The translations under genes and the position numbers were made by a program. This document shows, piece by piece, positions 62,046 through 64,000 of a DNA stretch of 64,000 nucleotides. How positions within the stretch are numbered: the stretch's first letter is position 1; every line of letters starts with the position of its first letter. This stretch comes from Vulcanimicrobiota bacterium (GTDB lineage Bacteria; Vulcanimicrobiota; Xenobia; Xenobiales; JADMJV01). The stretch is from positions 1,544,008 through 1,608,007 of the forward strand of contig JBFWNU010000001.1 in assembly GCA_050250895.1 (NCBI GenBank). Reading direction: 5' to 3'. The notes beneath the pieces are model-generated. The model was given only the letters and a program-made list of their open reading frames with translations, was not told where the DNA came from and did not search any database.

Positions 62046-62339
62046 CTAGCCGCCGAGCTGAGGAGTTCCCAGGGCTGCCGCCAGCGCGGCTGCCTGGGCG
62101 TCTTCCTGGCTGAGGGTGGCCTGAGGTTCATCCGACTTGTCACGGATGCGAACTTTACTTTGATAGATTTCATGAAGGGCGATGCTCACCGGCTTCTTGG
62201 CCAGCGTGTCGACGAGGATGGGGCTGCCATCGTTGATCTGACGGGCCCGCTTAAGGGTCAGGGTGACCAGCGCAAACTTGTTGCGCAGTCCTCGTTCTTT
62301 GTCGTGTAGCATGACATCCAGGTTCGGCTCTACCAGCAT
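62046..62339 (-). CDS. rpoZ: RNA polymerase omega subunit
   Basis: NKFALV....KRARQI, KPVSIAL.EI. Confidence 0.92.
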   Translation of the reverse strand: MLVEPNLDVMLHDKERGLRNKFALVTLTLKRARQINDGSPILVDTLAKKPVSIALHEIYQSKVRIRDKSDEPQATLSQEDAQAAALAAALGTPQLGG

Positions 62340-62453
62340 CTGTTTAATCCTTCCAAAGGCGCCTCGCGGCGACCGTAACGCGCTAGTTACGGTGTTGATG
62401 GGATTTTTCCTTCCTCGGACCGAAGGGAAAGCGTGTTCGTTGAGAGAAATTCA

Positions 62454-64000
62454 ATGGCTGTGTCTGAACCAGCAGCATCCGACGAATTTGTCGGCCGTTC
62501 CAAGCGCACCCGCTCGACGACCGGCGATCTCAAGACCAAAACGACCCGCAGTCGCAAGACTCGCAACACCACCAAGAGCCAGAGTCGGCAGCTCGAAGCG
62601 CCCGCGACCAGTTCGCTCCCCGAGTTTCTCCAAGACGGCCGCTGGAAGGCTCCTGCCGGCGCGGCCGGCGCTCTGGCGGGCTTTCCATTTCTGTGCCTGG
62701 TCCTGACCCATCCAGAGTGGACCGGCGTGGCTGGTCGCCTGCTAGGTGAATTTCTCTTCCTCAGCTTTGGCCAGACAGCCATTCTTTTCCCCGCCCTGGT
62801 GCTGTTGGTCTCTCTCTATCTCTTAGGGGTTCGGGTGGCCGCCAAGCTCCACCCGGCATACAGTCCGGCCCTTTTTCTTTTTGCCGACCTTTTGGCCGCC
62901 CGGGCCGCCCAAGAAGGTGGCGCGGTCGGGGCTTTCTTCGATTCACTCCTGTGCTCGGTCGTTGGTCCGGCCGGCTCATGGCTGGCTGCTCTGTCAGGTT
63001 GCCTGGTGTGCCTGGTCGGCCTGTGCCAGGTGACCATCCATGACGCCGTCGAGGCCATCAACAAGGCGGCCGTGCGGCTGGCGGAGCGCGCCCGTCTGGC
63101 CTGGGAAGAGCGTCAACAGCGGTTGCTCGAAGCGGCCGAGGAAGAGGCGGCTGCCTGTGAGCCGTCGCTCGAAGAGCCAGTCCCCAGCCCGCCGACCCCC
63201 GAGCCCCCGGCCTGGGAGTTGCTGGAGGTCTCGGTCGAGCAAGCCAGTCCCGAAGAGGCTGCCGAGGAGGCGCCCGAAGACCTTGAAGAGCTGTATATCT
63301 CGAACTCCGTTGAAGAGCCCGAGCCCAACTCAGACGAGTTATTGCGCCAGGCTTTCGAAGAGACCGAGCAGCCGTCCCTGGAAGAGTCGGTCGAGCCCAG
63401 TCTCGAGTTCGAGCCCTCTCCCAGCCTGGAGCCCGCGCTGGGCGCTGAACCGATGCCCAGTCTCGAGCCTGGCGTGGCCGAGATGGTCGAAGAGATCGCC
63501 TCCAAGCCGACCGTCAGCGAAGGTGTCATGGAGGACCCGAACGGCCAGCTGCGACTATTTCCGGGACCGGTCCCCGAGCCCACCGTGCGCTACAAGTTGC
63601 CGCCTTTGACGCTGCTCGACGAGGCCCCGGTGGCGGCCCGCCGCCGACCCGTCGAGGACAAGTCACAGGTGCTGTTGGATGCTCTCGACAGCTTCGGCGT
63701 GAAAGCCAGCCTCTTACAAATAGTGCGTGGGCCCACCGTCACCCGCTACGAGTTGCAGCCGGCCCGCGGGGTGAAGGTTAGTCGCTTCACTTCGCTCACC
63801 AACGACATCGCTCTGGCCCTGGCCTCCACGGCCGTCCGCATCGAGGCACCCATCCCGGGAAAGTCGGCCATCGGCATCGAGATTCCTAACGACAACACCG
63901 ACCTGGTGGTGCTCAAGGATATCTTGTCGAGCTCGACCTTTCGCTGCTCTTCAGGGCTCACGGTGGCTCTCGGCAAAGACCTTACCGGCCGCCCGATGGT
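62454..64000 (+). CDS. ftsK: DNA translocase FtsK/SpoIIIE (3' truncated by the window)
   Basis: Frame appears open from ATG 62454 to the end; TM region, E/P linker, YKLPP, GPTVTRYEL, RIEAPIPGKSAIGIEIPN. Confidence 0.93.
   Translation, partial: MAVSEPAASDEFVGRSKRTRSTTGDLKTKTTRSRKTRNTTKSQSRQLEAPATSSLPEFLQDGRWKAPAGAAGALAGFPFLCLVLTHPEWTGVAGRLLGEFLFLSFGQTAILFPALVLLVSLYLLGVRVAAKLHPAYSPALFLFADLLAARAAQEGGAVGAFFDSLLCSVVGPAGSWLAALSGCLVCLVGLCQVTIHDAVEAINKAAVRLAERARLAWEERQQRLLEAAEEEAAACEPSLEEPVPSPPTPEPPAWELLEVSVEQASPEEAAEEAPEDLEELYISNSVEEPEPNSDELLRQAFEETEQPSLEESVEPSLEFEPSPSLEPALGAEPMPSLEPGVAEMVEEIASKPTVSEGVMEDPNGQLRLFPGPVPEPTVRYKLPPLTLLDEAPVAARRRPVEDKSQVLLDALDSFGVKASLLQIVRGPTVTRYELQPARGVKVSRFTSLTNDIALALASTAVRIEAPIPGKSAIGIEIPNDNTDLVVLKDILSSSTFRCSSGLTVALGKDLTGRPM

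Noticed and set aside
62454-64000. Apparent ORF-less region in the supplied track
   Set aside because: It is ftsK, omitted because its stop lies beyond the window

Overview
High-GC (roughly 65%) bacterial chromosomal window with about 55 CDS. I saw no tRNA, rRNA, CRISPR array, phage or IS. Housekeeping content: dapD-dapE, gltA, grpE-dnaK-dnaJ-degP-rarA, rplM-rpsI-nnr, rpoZ and a partial ftsK. Accessory content: type IV pilin-like genes, Hanks kinases, TPR proteins, a beta-propeller lipoprotein, SNF2, a hybrid histidine kinase and a DUF4139 pair. The gene style is reminiscent of Ca. Eremiobacterota/Vulcanimicrobiota (inference only). Best candidates for undescribed biology: (1) a ~96-nt unannotated RNA with its own promoter, end-paired stem, pyrimidine-rich loops and U9 tail, just upstream of a Ro60/TROVE-vWA plus vWA operon; (2) a PqqD/RRE-like domain fused to a Tat-like leader and an 8-Cys core; (3) an internally duplicated TPR protein facing a small peptide gene; (4) a rewired type IV pilus platform (GAF-PilC fusion, PilC-N-ankyrin fusion, catalytically degenerate PilT); (5) ~10-bp-phased GTNAC repeats upstream of several orphan genes, including a needle/pilus-subunit-like small protein; (6) a ~300-bp mirrored hairpin array. 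All calls come from reading motifs by eye; no database searches were run.
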